From Myxococcota bacterium (lineage in GTDB: Bacteria > Myxococcota_A > UBA796 > UBA2385), in NCBI GenBank assembly GCA_044344255.1, contig JBIJDH010000014.1:128001-192000 (forward strand): a stretch of 64,000 bases of DNA, given 5' to 3'. The position numbers and the translations under genes were made by a program. Each line of letters starts with the position of its first letter. The first letter of the stretch is position 1. The notes under the pieces are model-generated. The model made no database searches. It saw only the letters and a program-made list of their open reading frames with translations, and was not told the DNA's origin. This document shows positions 40,139-49,985 of the stretch, one piece after another.

Positions 40139-41830
40139 TCAGCGGAGCACACACTTGCTGAAGCCGCCGTCACAGCTCAGCGTCACGGCGGCCCCCTCTC
40201 GGAGGCGGACGGTCCCGCTGCTGGCGAGCCCCACGCCGAAGTCGGCGAGCACCGCGTAGCGCCCCGGCAGGAGCGTTACGGTGCCGCCGCGCTGCAGCTC
40301 GACATCTGCGCCCTCCCCGCGGAGGATCGCGCGCGTCGCGTCGCCGTCGAGCCGCACCTCCACCTGCGCAGCGGCGGCGGCCTCCGTTGATGCCGGTGGG
40401 GGCGTGGAAGCGCCGGCCTCGGTCGGGCCGGCGGCGGCCTCCGCCTTGCCAGCGGCGGCCTTCTTCTTGTTGGCCTCCCGCTTGTCAGCGGCCTTCTTGG
40501 AAGGGGGCGCAGCGGCCGGAGCGGCGGGCTGCGCCGGCGAGGCGACGGGCGCGTCCTCGACGGCCTCCGTGGCGGTCGGCGCAGCGCGGTCCGGGCCGGC
40601 CTCGACCTCCCGACTGCCGCTGTACCACCACAGAGCCACCGCGACGACGACGACAACGGCGCCCAACACCACGAGCCCGAGGCCGAGCGCGCCGGCGGCG
40701 AGCCCCGCCGCGGGCGCGTACGATCGCCCCGGGGAGGCGGCGCCGGCCGCAGGCGACGGAGCGGCCACCGCAGCCCGCTCCGGAGGCCTCCGGGCCGCGG
40801 GCTCCGCTGCCCCCGCCCTCGGGGACGGGGGGTCCTTCATCGCCACCGGGCCCGAAGCCTGGCCCTCCATCGCGTCGGAGGCGCCCGTCTCGAACAAGGT
40901 GGAGCCCGAGAGCTCGGCCGGCGCCTCGGCGGGCCAGGTGGCCACCACGAGGGGGACCTGGTGCTCGGCCCAGTCGCGCAGGCTCTCACCGCCGAGCGCC
41001 CGGCGGAGCTCGAGGGCGGCGCGCTCCACCTCGCGGGCGACCGGCCGATCTTCGGCCTCATAGGACAACATCGAGGCGAGGAGCCGGCAGAGGCCCTTGC
41101 TCTCTGCCCCGAGCCGCTGATCGACGGCGTCCAAGGCCACCTTCAGCATCTTGCGGTGCTTCTCGGAGCTCGGCACCGTCTTGCCGAAGGGCTGTCCTGC
41201 GATGAGCTCGTAGAGGACCGCGCCGAGCGCGTAGATGTCTCCCGCGTGGCTGTCGATCATCTCGAAGCGCTCGGGGGCCATGTACTGGGTCGAGCCGAAG
41301 GCCATGGCGCGGGTCTGGGCCTCCCGCTCGTCGAAGTCGGCGCGGGCGATGCCGAAGTCGAGGACCTTGACCTCTCCGTGGCTGGTGAGCTGCACGTTCG
41401 AGGGCTTCAGATCGCGATGGAGCAGCCGGAGCGGCCTCCCGTCGGCGCCCTTGTGGTTGTAGGCGACGTCGAGCGCGCCTGCGATCTCGGCCACCATCTC
41501 GAGCGCGACCCCGGCGGGCACCACGCCGTCGCGGATGAGCTGGTGGAGGCCGACCCCCTCCACGAACTCCATCACCACGACCTGCCGCCCGCCGAGCTTG
41601 ACGAGCCCGTCAACCCGCACGATCGCCCGGTGGCGGATGAGGCCGAGGATGCGCGCCTCGTCGCGGAAGCGGCGCGCGACCTCCTCCACCCCCTCCATGT
41701 CGGGGTTGAGCACCTTGAGGGCGACGTCCTTCGTGAAGCCGCCGGGGCCGGTCAGCTCGGCGCGGTAGACGGTGCCGAAGCCGCCCCGACCGAGCACGGA
41801 GTCTACGCGATAGCGCCGCTCCTCACTCAA
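40139..41830 (-). CDS. Membrane Ser/Thr protein kinase (Hanks type)
   Basis: LGRGGFGTVY, VALK, HRDLKPSN, DFG, YMAPE and DIYALG; TM helix and short C-terminal domain; TTG start overlaps the upstream TGA. Confidence 0.93.
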   Translation of the reverse strand: MSEERRYRVDSVLGRGGFGTVYRAELTGPGGFTKDVALKVLNPDMEGVEEVARRFRDEARILGLIRHRAIVRVDGLVKLGGRQVVVMEFVEGVGLHQLIRDGVVPAGVALEMVAEIAGALDVAYNHKGADGRPLRLLHRDLKPSNVQLTSHGEVKVLDFGIARADFDEREAQTRAMAFGSTQYMAPERFEMIDSHAGDIYALGAVLYELIAGQPFGKTVPSSEKHRKMLKVALDAVDQRLGAESKGLCRLLASMLSYEAEDRPVAREVERAALELRRALGGESLRDWAEHQVPLVVATWPAEAPAELSGSTLFETGASDAMEGQASGPVAMKDPPSPRAGAAEPAARRPPERAAVAAPSPAAGAASPGRSYAPAAGLAAGALGLGLVVLGAVVVVVAVALWWYSGSREVEAGPDRAAPTATEAVEDAPVASPAQPAAPAAAPPSKKAADKREANKKKAAAGKAEAAAGPTEAGASTPPPASTEAAAAAQVEVRLDGDATRAILRGEGADVELQRGGTVTLLPGRYAVLADFGVGLASSGTVRLREGAAVTLSCDGGFSKCVLR

Positions 41831-42738
41831 AAGGCCACCGACACGCCGAAACCCAGCGCGACGAGGCCGAGCCCCGCCGCCGACAAGCTGAGCGTGTTGG
41901 CCCGCCGCTGCGCCGCGCCGTACTCGGCGACGAACTGGTCCACCTCAGCGGGATCTTCGGCGTAGACGGGGGACTCGAGGGAGAGCGCCTCGTTGTGGGC
42001 CACCCGGGCGGCGGCGTACAGGCCCCCTGCGCCGAGGGCGGCGCTCCCGGCCACGACGCCCCGCCGCAGCCGACGGTTGGGCGCCCGCTTCGCGGTGGAC
42101 GCGGCCGCCACCGGGGTGGGGCCGACGGAGAGCCAGGCGGGGGCGACGCTGGGATCGGCCTCGTAGGCGGTCCACAGCACCTTGCCCTCGCCGTCGAGGA
42201 GCTGGCCGACAAAGGGGCGCCCGCTCACGGCGCGGCGCGTGAGGCGCCCGTCGATGCCGAGCGAGCGACCGGCGGGCACCGCCAGCTCCACCGAGGCGGC
42301 CGGCTGGACCGCCTCCGCGGCGATGAAGAGCGCGCGGAGCGGGTGCCCCTCGGGGGCGACCTCCAGCGAGAGCTCGGCCTCCCGGTTCGTGGCGAGCCAG
42401 CCGCGGAGCGCGGCCTCGGCGCCCGGGAGGTCTTTGTCGAAGTATCGACGGAGGGCCATGAAGCGGTGCAGGGCCGCCGCGTCTCCGGGCTCGAAGACCT
42501 CGTCCATGCAGCGGAGCAGGCCGTCGACGCGCGTCGAGGCCTCCACGAAGCCCGCCCGGTCGGCGGCGGCGAAGGCGGCCTCCCCGACGTTGACGGTGGC
42601 CATCAGGGCGGCCGCGCGGGCCGGCTCGACGCAGTCCGCGGGCGCGGCGACGGCGGCTCGGCCGAGGGCGGCACCCAACAGCGCCGCGCCGCACCAACGG
42701 GACCAGGCCCGACAGGGCATCTGCGACATCATCCGCAT
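41827..42738 (-). CDS. Exported/membrane hypothetical protein coupled to the kinase gene
   Basis: Signal peptide, helical domain and two C-terminal hydrophobic segments ending in Phe; start among several nearby ATGs. Confidence 0.65.
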   Translation of the reverse strand: MRMMSQMPCRAWSRWCGAALLGAALGRAAVAAPADCVEPARAAALMATVNVGEAAFAAADRAGFVEASTRVDGLLRCMDEVFEPGDAAALHRFMALRRYFDKDLPGAEAALRGWLATNREAELSLEVAPEGHPLRALFIAAEAVQPAASVELAVPAGRSLGIDGRLTRRAVSGRPFVGQLLDGEGKVLWTAYEADPSVAPAWLSVGPTPVAAASTAKRAPNRRLRRGVVAGSAALGAGGLYAAARVAHNEALSLESPVYAEDPAEVDQFVAEYGAAQRRANTLSLSAAGLGLVALGFGVSVAF

Positions 42739-42869
42739 GCGCCAGAAGATAACAGGGGGCCTCACGAGGTGCGGATGAACCTGGAAGGTGACACGCTCCG
42801 CGATCTGGTCGGACCACCCCCGATCACGGAGGCCCGGTCGTCGCGCGCGCCGACCGCCGGGCTCGACCG

Positions 42870-43652
42870 ATGAGCGGCGCCCCCCACCGCGCCGCAGCGC
42901 CGCGTGGTCCGGCGGAGGCCGTCGAGGCGATCGTGGTCGGTGGCATGGACTACGGCGAGGCCGACCGGATCGTGCGCCTGCTCTCCCCCACCCTCGGCCG
43001 GATGTCGGCCCTGGCGCGGCGCGCCCGCTCGGGGAACCGGAAATTCGGCGGTGCCCTCGAGGCCGGCAACCGGGTGCGCCTGCTCGCCCGGCCCGGGCAC
43101 GGCGACCTCTACCACATCGACGAGGCCGAGCTCCTCGACGGCCGGCTCGGCGCCCGCTCCGAGCTCTCCCGCCTCAGCACCCTCGCCTACTGCTGCGAGG
43201 TCGCCGCCGCCCTCGCCCGCGAGGCCCAGCCGGAGCCCCGCCTCTGGGGCCTCCTCGAGATGGCCCTCTCCGTGCTCGACGCCCTCGAGGGTGCGCCTTC
43301 GCCGATGTTCCGCCTGGGCTTCGAGGCGAAGGCCCTCACCTTCGCCGGTCTCGCCCCGGTCCTCGATCGCTGCGCGCGCTGTGACCGCCCCCTCGAGGAT
43401 GCGCTCGGCGTCTCGCTCCTCGCCGGCGGGGCGGTCCACCTCGACTGCGATCCCCAGGCCCAGCCCGTGACGCCGGCCTGGCTCGCCGCCGTGGCCCAAG
43501 CGCGGCGCACCCCCCTCCGCGACCTCGTCGATCTGCCCACCCCCGGCGGGCCGCGCTGGGCCCTCGCCGAGGCCGTCGAGACCCACACGGAGCGAGCCCT
43601 GAAGTCCCGCGCGCTGCTCGCCGAGCTGGAGCCCGCCCCGCCAGAGGGATAG
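42870..43652 (+). CDS. recO: DNA repair protein RecO
   Basis: DYGEADRIVRLLSP..GR.SALARRARS..RKFGGALE; G.AP.LDRCARC. Confidence 0.9.
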   Translation: MSGAPHRAAAPRGPAEAVEAIVVGGMDYGEADRIVRLLSPTLGRMSALARRARSGNRKFGGALEAGNRVRLLARPGHGDLYHIDEAELLDGRLGARSELSRLSTLAYCCEVAAALAREAQPEPRLWGLLEMALSVLDALEGAPSPMFRLGFEAKALTFAGLAPVLDRCARCDRPLEDALGVSLLAGGAVHLDCDPQAQPVTPAWLAAVAQARRTPLRDLVDLPTPGGPRWALAEAVETHTERALKSRALLAELEPAPPEG

Positions 43653-43661
43653 GATCTGCCG

Positions 43662-44468
43662 ATGTTCACCTCGCCACTTCGCCGCGGGGCCGCGCTCGCC
43701 GCGCTCCTCACCGGCTGCGCTGACCTCTCGCTCTCCTCCCTGCTCTCGTCCGTGCCGGGCGCGGGCGCCGAAGACGGCACCGCAACCTGGGAGGGTTACG
43801 TCTACACCTACCCCTTCGACGGGGGAGACCTCGTCCCGCTCGAGGACGGCGCGGTGTCAGCGGTTGACCTCGACGGGGCGCTCCTCGCCGAGGCAGCCCA
43901 GCCCTACGACAACGCGCCCTCCTGGTACCAGCTCGAGCTCGCGGTCGACGTCGAGATCGGGCTGCGGGTCGAGGGCGGCGAGGGCACGGCCACGCTCTGG
44001 CGGGGCCGGGTGCCCGATGGCAACGCCATCTGGATCGGCGGCACGGTCTTCTCCTTCGACGCGCTCGACATGGCCGGCTTCTTCGCAGACCTCGCCGATC
44101 AGGGTGCCACGGGGAAAAAGACCCCGGAGCCGCTCGAGTCGGCCACGGTCGCCCACCTCTGGGGCACGCCGCTCAACGACGAGGTCGCCCAGGCGCTGGT
44201 GACCGCGGAGATGGAGGTGGTGGACGGCGACGGCCTCGTGCACCCGGTCTACCGCCTCGCCACGGGACGCCAAGGAAACCTGATCGACGTCAGCTCCATG
44301 GCCACCCCGCCCGCCGCGGTCGAGATCTTCGTCGCGGTCAACCTGCCCCCCGGCCCCTGCACCCTGCTCACCCGCACCGCCGATGGCCGCGAGGTCGAGA
44401 CCACCTGGCCCGCCCTCGGCGGAGACGTGCTCAGCGCCGCCTTCTACGCCTTGCCGGAGCCCGGATGA
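43662..44468 (+). CDS. Hypothetical lipoprotein
   Basis: Lipobox LLTGC; acidic beta-rich mature region. Confidence 0.7.
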   Translation: MFTSPLRRGAALAALLTGCADLSLSSLLSSVPGAGAEDGTATWEGYVYTYPFDGGDLVPLEDGAVSAVDLDGALLAEAAQPYDNAPSWYQLELAVDVEIGLRVEGGEGTATLWRGRVPDGNAIWIGGTVFSFDALDMAGFFADLADQGATGKKTPEPLESATVAHLWGTPLNDEVAQALVTAEMEVVDGDGLVHPVYRLATGRQGNLIDVSSMATPPAAVEIFVAVNLPPGPCTLLTRTADGREVETTWPALGGDVLSAAFYALPEPG

Positions 44469-45187
44469 GCTCGCCGCTGCTGCTTGGCCCCCTCCTCTTC
44501 GCGTCTTGCACCAAGGGCTTTGACGACATCGTCCTCACCGGCACGCTCTACGACGGAGAGGAGAGCGCGTCGGCCCCCGTGAGCGGGGCAGACCTCCAGA
44601 TCCGCAACGCCGACGGCTCCAAAGGTGAGCACACCACCACAGCCTACGATGGCGTGTTTCAGATCGAGATCACCCCAGAGCAGTCGTTCACTGCGGTCTT
44701 CTCGGAGGCCGGCTCCGTCGAGACCTCCTTCGCCGCCACCGCCGGCCTCGGCGACATCGACGCCGAGACGCGCCAGCTCTGGCTCCGCAGCGAGGATGAG
44801 CTCGCCGACATCGCCACCACCTTTGGCGACTGCGGCGAGCGGGGTGGCGCCTCGATCGAGGGCGTCGTCCACCTCTACGTCCCCAGCGTGGCCGACTACC
44901 ACTACCTGCCCCTCGTGACCTCGGCCGATGTCACGGCCCTCGACGACGCGGGCGACGTTCACATGGCCTGCTACCTCGACGACGAGGGCGTCTACGACGC
45001 CGACGCGGTCGAGACCGGCCTCACGGGGCGCTTTGCCATCTTCGGGCTCCCCGAGGGCCACGCCACAGTGCGGATCGGCTTCGTCCTCGGCACCGAAGAG
45101 ATGCCCCAGACCGTGTTCCCAGTGTGGCTGAGCGAAGCCGGGACCGCGCCCTTGTACCCGGCGCTGGTTCAAGACGGCAACTACTGA
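44465..45187 (+). CDS. Hypothetical lipoprotein with carboxypeptidase-regulatory-like beta-sandwich segments
   Basis: ATGA overlap; lipobox LFASC; LTGTLYD...PVSGA...T..DG.F and GRFAIFGLPEG patterns. Confidence 0.7.
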   Translation: MSSPLLLGPLLFASCTKGFDDIVLTGTLYDGEESASAPVSGADLQIRNADGSKGEHTTTAYDGVFQIEITPEQSFTAVFSEAGSVETSFAATAGLGDIDAETRQLWLRSEDELADIATTFGDCGERGGASIEGVVHLYVPSVADYHYLPLVTSADVTALDDAGDVHMACYLDDEGVYDADAVETGLTGRFAIFGLPEGHATVRIGFVLGTEEMPQTVFPVWLSEAGTAPLYPALVQDGNY

Positions 45188-45390
45188 GCGGGCGGCACCC
45201 CCGGCCCACGCGCCAGAGAGGCGGCGCCGATCAAGGGCGCACCCTTGCCATTATCGGCCCGACAGCGTACTGTGAGCGCGTTCGGTGGATGCGGCTGGGC
45301 CCAGATCCCTGCCGCATCGGGAAGAGTACCCGCAGTACTAGAGACCCCGCCGGAAGTCACGAACACCCACCCTCATCGGAGGCCCCGCCC

Positions 45391-45678
45391 ATGGGCGAAA
45401 TGATCCGCAAGCCTGATACGAACCCCATTGTCGTTGCCATCCTCAACGTAATTCTGTTGAACGGGGGCATCGGCTACTTCATCATGGGCCAGAAGAAGAA
45501 GGCCATCATCTCGATCATCATCACCTGGGTTGGATCGGCCTGTTTCGGCATCGGCCTCATCTTCCCCTGGATCGCCGCCTACGACGCCTACCTTCTCGGC
45601 CAGAAGCTGCAGAACGGCGAGGCCATCGGCGAGAACGAGAACGGGCTCTCCTTCCTCAACGCCATCTTCAAGGACTGA
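45391..45678 (+). CDS. Small membrane protein (TM2/NINE-like, 95 aa)
   Basis: GGAGG RBS; NPIVVAILN...GIGYFIMGQKKKAI...YDAY. Confidence 0.75.
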   Translation: MGEMIRKPDTNPIVVAILNVILLNGGIGYFIMGQKKKAIISIIITWVGSACFGIGLIFPWIAAYDAYLLGQKLQNGEAIGENENGLSFLNAIFKD

Positions 45679-45786
45679 GCCCCCGAGGCTCCGTTCGACC
45701 CACCGAGCTCCCCGCCCCCGCTCCGATATTTCGGCGCCAGGCGGGGCTCGTACGTTTAGCCTGCCCCCCGAGGACGCCCTACCGCC

Positions 45787-46944
45787 GTGGCGATCGCCTT
45801 CGCGAGCTTTGACGAGCCGCACGCCTGGTTGATCCGCGGTCTCGTCGAGTACGGCTGGACCGACCTCGGGCGTGGCGGCCCCGTGCCGCCGGGGTCCTTC
45901 GGCGCCCTCAGCCTCGTCCGCCTCACTGGGAACGACGGCTGTGACGGCTTCCTGCTCGAGGTGCCCGCCGTCGTCGACGGCCGGCCCTGCCGGGAGGACG
46001 GCACCTACTCCTTCCAGGTGCAGGTGAGCAGCAACGCGGAGGGCCTCGTGGCCTCCGTCCGCTGCCCCGAGGCCAATTACTTCCAAGAATTTTCCTACGA
46101 CCGTCACAATCCCCTCTGGGCGGCCGGCTACATCCACCAGTCGCTGTCGGAATACGTGCCCGGCTTCGTCCGCTGGCGCCTCGCCGGCAACGAGGTGAGC
46201 TGGTCGCAGCGCTCCGGCCTCCCCACCGTGAAGGGCGAGCCCGCCTCGCGGCCCCTGCTTGAGTTCGTGACCGAGCGAATCGGCGCGAACCGCCGCTTTG
46301 ACCTTGGTCCTGCAGAGGCCTGGTGGACCGGCGGCGCTCCCCCCCCCCGCAAGGCCGTGGTCCCCGCCTCGAGCTGGAGCGGGCCCGTCGCGACCGCCGG
46401 CCGCGGCGGCGGCGATCCCACCTACGTCTCCGCCGAGGGGAAGAGCTTCCTCGCCGAAGCCGGCCCGACGACCCACATCGTCGCCGTCGCCGAGGTGGTG
46501 CTGGCCCGCGAGCGCACCGCGGGCCCCGGCCTCGCGCTGACGATCCTCTCCGGGCTCACCTTGCTGCAGGGCTTCGGCTGGCTCCTCAACGCGGCCAGCG
46601 TGCTCTTCTACTACCGTGACCGGGTGGGCGCGCTCCTCTTCAGCCTCTTCTTCGCCTTCTTCCTGATGATCAACGGCTTCGCCGGCATCTTTGGTGGGAT
46701 GCAGTATCGACAGGCCCGCGGCGGCCCGCTGCCGTACCACGCGATGGCGGTAGCGGCGCTCTCCCCCGTCTGCTGCCTGTTTGGGCTGCCGATCAGCGGA
46801 TGGGCGATGTGGGTCTGGATGAACCCCTCGGTGAGGCTGGCCCGGAACAGCCAGGCCCTGCCCACCCCGGCGTTGAACAGCGCCGCGAGCCCCCCCCTCA
46901 TCGAGAAGATGAAGGCCTGGTTCCCAACCTTTCGTAAGAAGTGA
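45787..46944 (+). CDS. Hypothetical membrane protein
   Basis: Soluble N-terminal part and 3-4 C-terminal TM segments with CCLFGLP. Confidence 0.6.
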   Translation: MAIAFASFDEPHAWLIRGLVEYGWTDLGRGGPVPPGSFGALSLVRLTGNDGCDGFLLEVPAVVDGRPCREDGTYSFQVQVSSNAEGLVASVRCPEANYFQEFSYDRHNPLWAAGYIHQSLSEYVPGFVRWRLAGNEVSWSQRSGLPTVKGEPASRPLLEFVTERIGANRRFDLGPAEAWWTGGAPPPRKAVVPASSWSGPVATAGRGGGDPTYVSAEGKSFLAEAGPTTHIVAVAEVVLARERTAGPGLALTILSGLTLLQGFGWLLNAASVLFYYRDRVGALLFSLFFAFFLMINGFAGIFGGMQYRQARGGPLPYHAMAVAALSPVCCLFGLPISGWAMWVWMNPSVRLARNSQALPTPALNSAASPPLIEKMKAWFPTFRKK

Positions 46945-46997
46945 TCCGCGCGGCCAGACCCGCGGGGCCCCACGAGCACATCACCCGAGAGAGCATC

Positions 46998-47885
46998 ATG
47001 TACTTCCAGGACTTGATCCTGACCCTTCAGCGCTTCTGGGGAGCCCAGGGCTGCGCGGTCCTCCAGCCGCTCGACACGGAGATGGGGGCGGGCACCTTCC
47101 ACCCGGCCACCTTCCTCCGCGCGCTCGGCCCCAAGCCCTGGCGGGCCTGCTACGTCCAGCCCTGCCGCCGCCCCGCTGACGCCCGCTACGGTGACAATCC
47201 GAACCGCCTCGGCCACTATTACCAGTTCCAGGTGATCCTCAAGCCGAGCCCCGCCGACATCCAGGACGTCTACATCCGCAGCCTCGAGGCCATCGGCCTC
47301 GACCTCAAGAAGCACGACCTGCGCTTCGTCGAGGACGACTGGGAGTCTCCCACCCTCGGGGCCTGGGGCCTCGGCTGGGAGGTCTGGATGGACGGGATGG
47401 AGGTCACCCAGTACACCTACTTCCAGCAGGTGGGCGGCTTCGAGCTCGACCCCATCAGCGTCGAGCTCACCTACGGCCTCGAGCGCCTCGCGATGTACCT
47501 CCAGGGCGTGGACAACGTCTACGATCTCCAGTGGGTGGAGGGCATCAGCTACGGTGACGTCTATCACCGAAATGAGGTGGAGCAGTCCACCTTCAACTTC
47601 GAGCAGTCGAACACCGCCGTGCTCTTCCGCACCTTCCAGGACAGCTTCGACGAGTCGCAGCGCCTCGCCCGCCTCGGCCTCGTCCTGCCCGCCTACGACC
47701 ACTGCATGAAGAGCTCGCACACCTTCAACCTGCTCGACGCCCGCGGCGCGATCAGCGTCGCCGAGCGGGCCCGCTACATCGGCCGCGTGCGCCAGCTCGC
47801 CGTCATGTGCGCCCGCGTCTGGCAGGGCCTGAGCGCCGACGCCGCCCCCACCGAGGGTCAGCGCACCGAGGAGGTGGCCTCATGA
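46998..47885 (+). CDS. glyQ: Glycine--tRNA ligase alpha subunit
   Basis: [43 protein letters not shown] and ELTYGLER. Confidence 0.97.
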   Translation: MYFQDLILTLQRFWGAQGCAVLQPLDTEMGAGTFHPATFLRALGPKPWRACYVQPCRRPADARYGDNPNRLGHYYQFQVILKPSPADIQDVYIRSLEAIGLDLKKHDLRFVEDDWESPTLGAWGLGWEVWMDGMEVTQYTYFQQVGGFELDPISVELTYGLERLAMYLQGVDNVYDLQWVEGISYGDVYHRNEVEQSTFNFEQSNTAVLFRTFQDSFDESQRLARLGLVLPAYDHCMKSSHTFNLLDARGAISVAERARYIGRVRQLAVMCARVWQGLSADAAPTEGQRTEEVAS

Positions 47886-49909
47886 GCGAGCTCTTCATCG
47901 AGGTCCGCAGCGAGGAGCTGCCGGCCCGCTTCGTCCCCACCGCCATCCAGTCCCTCGCCGCCGGCCTCAGCGGGCTGCTCAAGGGCGTCGCCTTCGGAGC
48001 GGTCACCACCTGGGCCACCCCCCGGCGGCTCGCGGTCTCGATCCAGGGCGTCGCCCTCTCGCGACCGGTGGTCGAGCAGCTCATCACCGGCCCCGCCGCC
48101 GCCCAGGGCTTCGTGGACGGCAAGCCCACGAAGATCGCCGAGGGCTTCGCCCGCGGGAAGGGCGTGCCCGTCGAGGCCATCGAGATCGTGGACGGCCCCA
48201 AGGGCAAGGTCATCGCCGCGCGGGTCCAGAGCGGGGGCGAGTCGACCGCCGCCCTCGTCGCCGCCGGCCTCGAGGCCGTCATCCTCGGCGTCACCTTCCC
48301 GAAGTCGATGCGCTGGGGCTCGAGCCGCGTGCGCTGGGCGCGGCCCCTGCACGGCGTCATCGCGCTGCTCGACGGGGCGGTGATCCCCGCCACCGTCGCC
48401 GGCATCCCCACCGGTGACCGCACCCTCGGCCACCGCCTCGCCCCCGAGCCCCTCATCGTCACCGGCTCCGCGGACTGGGCGTCGCAGCTCGAGGCCCACT
48501 TCGTCCTGCCCTCGATCGAGGCCCGCCGGGCGCGCATCCTCGCCCAGCTCGACGAGCGGGCCGCGGCCATCGGGCTGCAGGTCGAGGCCGACGAGGCCCT
48601 GGTCGAGCAGGTCACGAACCTCGTCGAGTGGCCCGTGGTCATCGAGGCGAGCTTCGCCGAGAGCCTGCTCGAGCTGCCGCCGCGGCTGCTCGTGGAGTCG
48701 ATGAAGGTGCACCAGCGCCTCTTCCCGCTCTACGCGGGGGGCGCGCTGTCCCACCGGCTGCTCGTCGTGACGAACCACCCCTTCGCCCACGACCCCGAGG
48801 TCGCCGCCCTCATCGCCGCTGGCAACAGCCGCGTGCTCGGCGCCCGCTTCTACGACGCCCGCTTCTTCAACGCCGAGGACCGCAAGAAGCACCTCGCCGA
48901 CCACGGCGCGAAGCTGGCCCAGCGGCAGTGGATCCGCGACGGCGGCACGATGGCCGACAAGCAGCTCCGCGTCGAGCAGCTCGCCCGGGCGCTCGCCCCC
49001 GTCTTCGGCGCCGACCCCCTCGCCACCGCCCGCGCCGCCAGCCTCTGTAAGGCCGACCTCGCCACGCAGATGGTGGGCGAGTTCCCCGAGCTCCAGGGCC
49101 ACGTCGGCCGCCTGCTCGCCCTCCACGGCGGGGAGACGGAGGGGGTCGCCCTCGCGATCGAGGAGCACTACCTGCCGCGCTTCTCCGGCGACGCCCTGCC
49201 CACCTCGCCCGAGGGCCGCGCCCTCGCCGTCGCCGACCGCCTCGACACCCTCACCGGCTGTTTCAGCCGCGGCCTCAAGCCCAAGGGCAACGCCGATCCC
49301 CTCGGCCTCCGCCGCGCCGCGATCGGGATGCTCACCCTGCTGCTCGAGGCCGGCGTCCGGATCGATCTCCCCACCCTGCTCACCGCCGGCGGCGCCGCCC
49401 CCGACGCCGACCTGCAGGACTTCGTGACCACCCGCCTCCGCGCCCTGCTCATCGAGGCCTTCGCCACCGATCAGGTCGACGCCGTGCTCGCGACCGGCGA
49501 CAAGGAACCGCTCGCCCTCCGCGCCCGGGCCCTGGCCTTGCAGGAGCTGGCGCGCGGCGCCGACTTCAGCGCCTTGAAGACCACCTTCAAGCGCATGATG
49601 AACATCGCCCGCGAGCACACGAGCGGCGAGCACGACCCCAGCGCCATGGTGGAGCCCGCCGAGCAAGCCCTGCTCGCCGCCTTTCACGAGGTGCGAGAGG
49701 GCGCCCGGGCCTCCACCCTGGCGCTCGACTACGGCGCGGCGCTGGCGAAGCTCGCCACGCTCCGGCCGGCGGTCGATCGGCTCTTCACCGAGCTGATGGT
49801 GATGGCCGACGACCCCGGCGTCCGCGCCAACCGCCTGGGCCTGCTGCGCTCGATCGCCGACGAGTTCGCGCTCATCGCCGACTTCACGCGGCTCTCCTCG
49901 GAGGGCTGA
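47882..49909 (+). CDS. glyS: Glycine--tRNA ligase beta subunit
   Basis: ATGA overlap; [38 protein letters not shown] and NRL.LL. Confidence 0.96.
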   Translation: MSELFIEVRSEELPARFVPTAIQSLAAGLSGLLKGVAFGAVTTWATPRRLAVSIQGVALSRPVVEQLITGPAAAQGFVDGKPTKIAEGFARGKGVPVEAIEIVDGPKGKVIAARVQSGGESTAALVAAGLEAVILGVTFPKSMRWGSSRVRWARPLHGVIALLDGAVIPATVAGIPTGDRTLGHRLAPEPLIVTGSADWASQLEAHFVLPSIEARRARILAQLDERAAAIGLQVEADEALVEQVTNLVEWPVVIEASFAESLLELPPRLLVESMKVHQRLFPLYAGGALSHRLLVVTNHPFAHDPEVAALIAAGNSRVLGARFYDARFFNAEDRKKHLADHGAKLAQRQWIRDGGTMADKQLRVEQLARALAPVFGADPLATARAASLCKADLATQMVGEFPELQGHVGRLLALHGGETEGVALAIEEHYLPRFSGDALPTSPEGRALAVADRLDTLTGCFSRGLKPKGNADPLGLRRAAIGMLTLLLEAGVRIDLPTLLTAGGAAPDADLQDFVTTRLRALLIEAFATDQVDAVLATGDKEPLALRARALALQELARGADFSALKTTFKRMMNIAREHTSGEHDPSAMVEPAEQALLAAFHEVREGARASTLALDYGAALAKLATLRPAVDRLFTELMVMADDPGVRANRLGLLRSIADEFALIADFTRLSSEG

Positions 49910-49943
49910 CCGCGGCGGCGCGCGTGCCGGCCCTCGGGGCCCC

Positions 49944-49982
49944 TCCCCTCGGATCTTCCCCCCGGATCTTCCCCTCGGAGTC
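49944..49982 (+). repeat. 13-bp tandem repeat x3 just before the 49986 start
   Basis: tcccctcggatct tccccccggatct tcccctcggagtc; the last copy supplies GGAG. Confidence 0.7.
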
Positions 49983-49985
49983 CCC

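Noticed and set aside
42793..42820. Short resemblance (TLRDLV) to the recO 3' region (PLRDLV)
   Set aside because: Too short and mismatched to distinguish from chance in GC-rich DNA.
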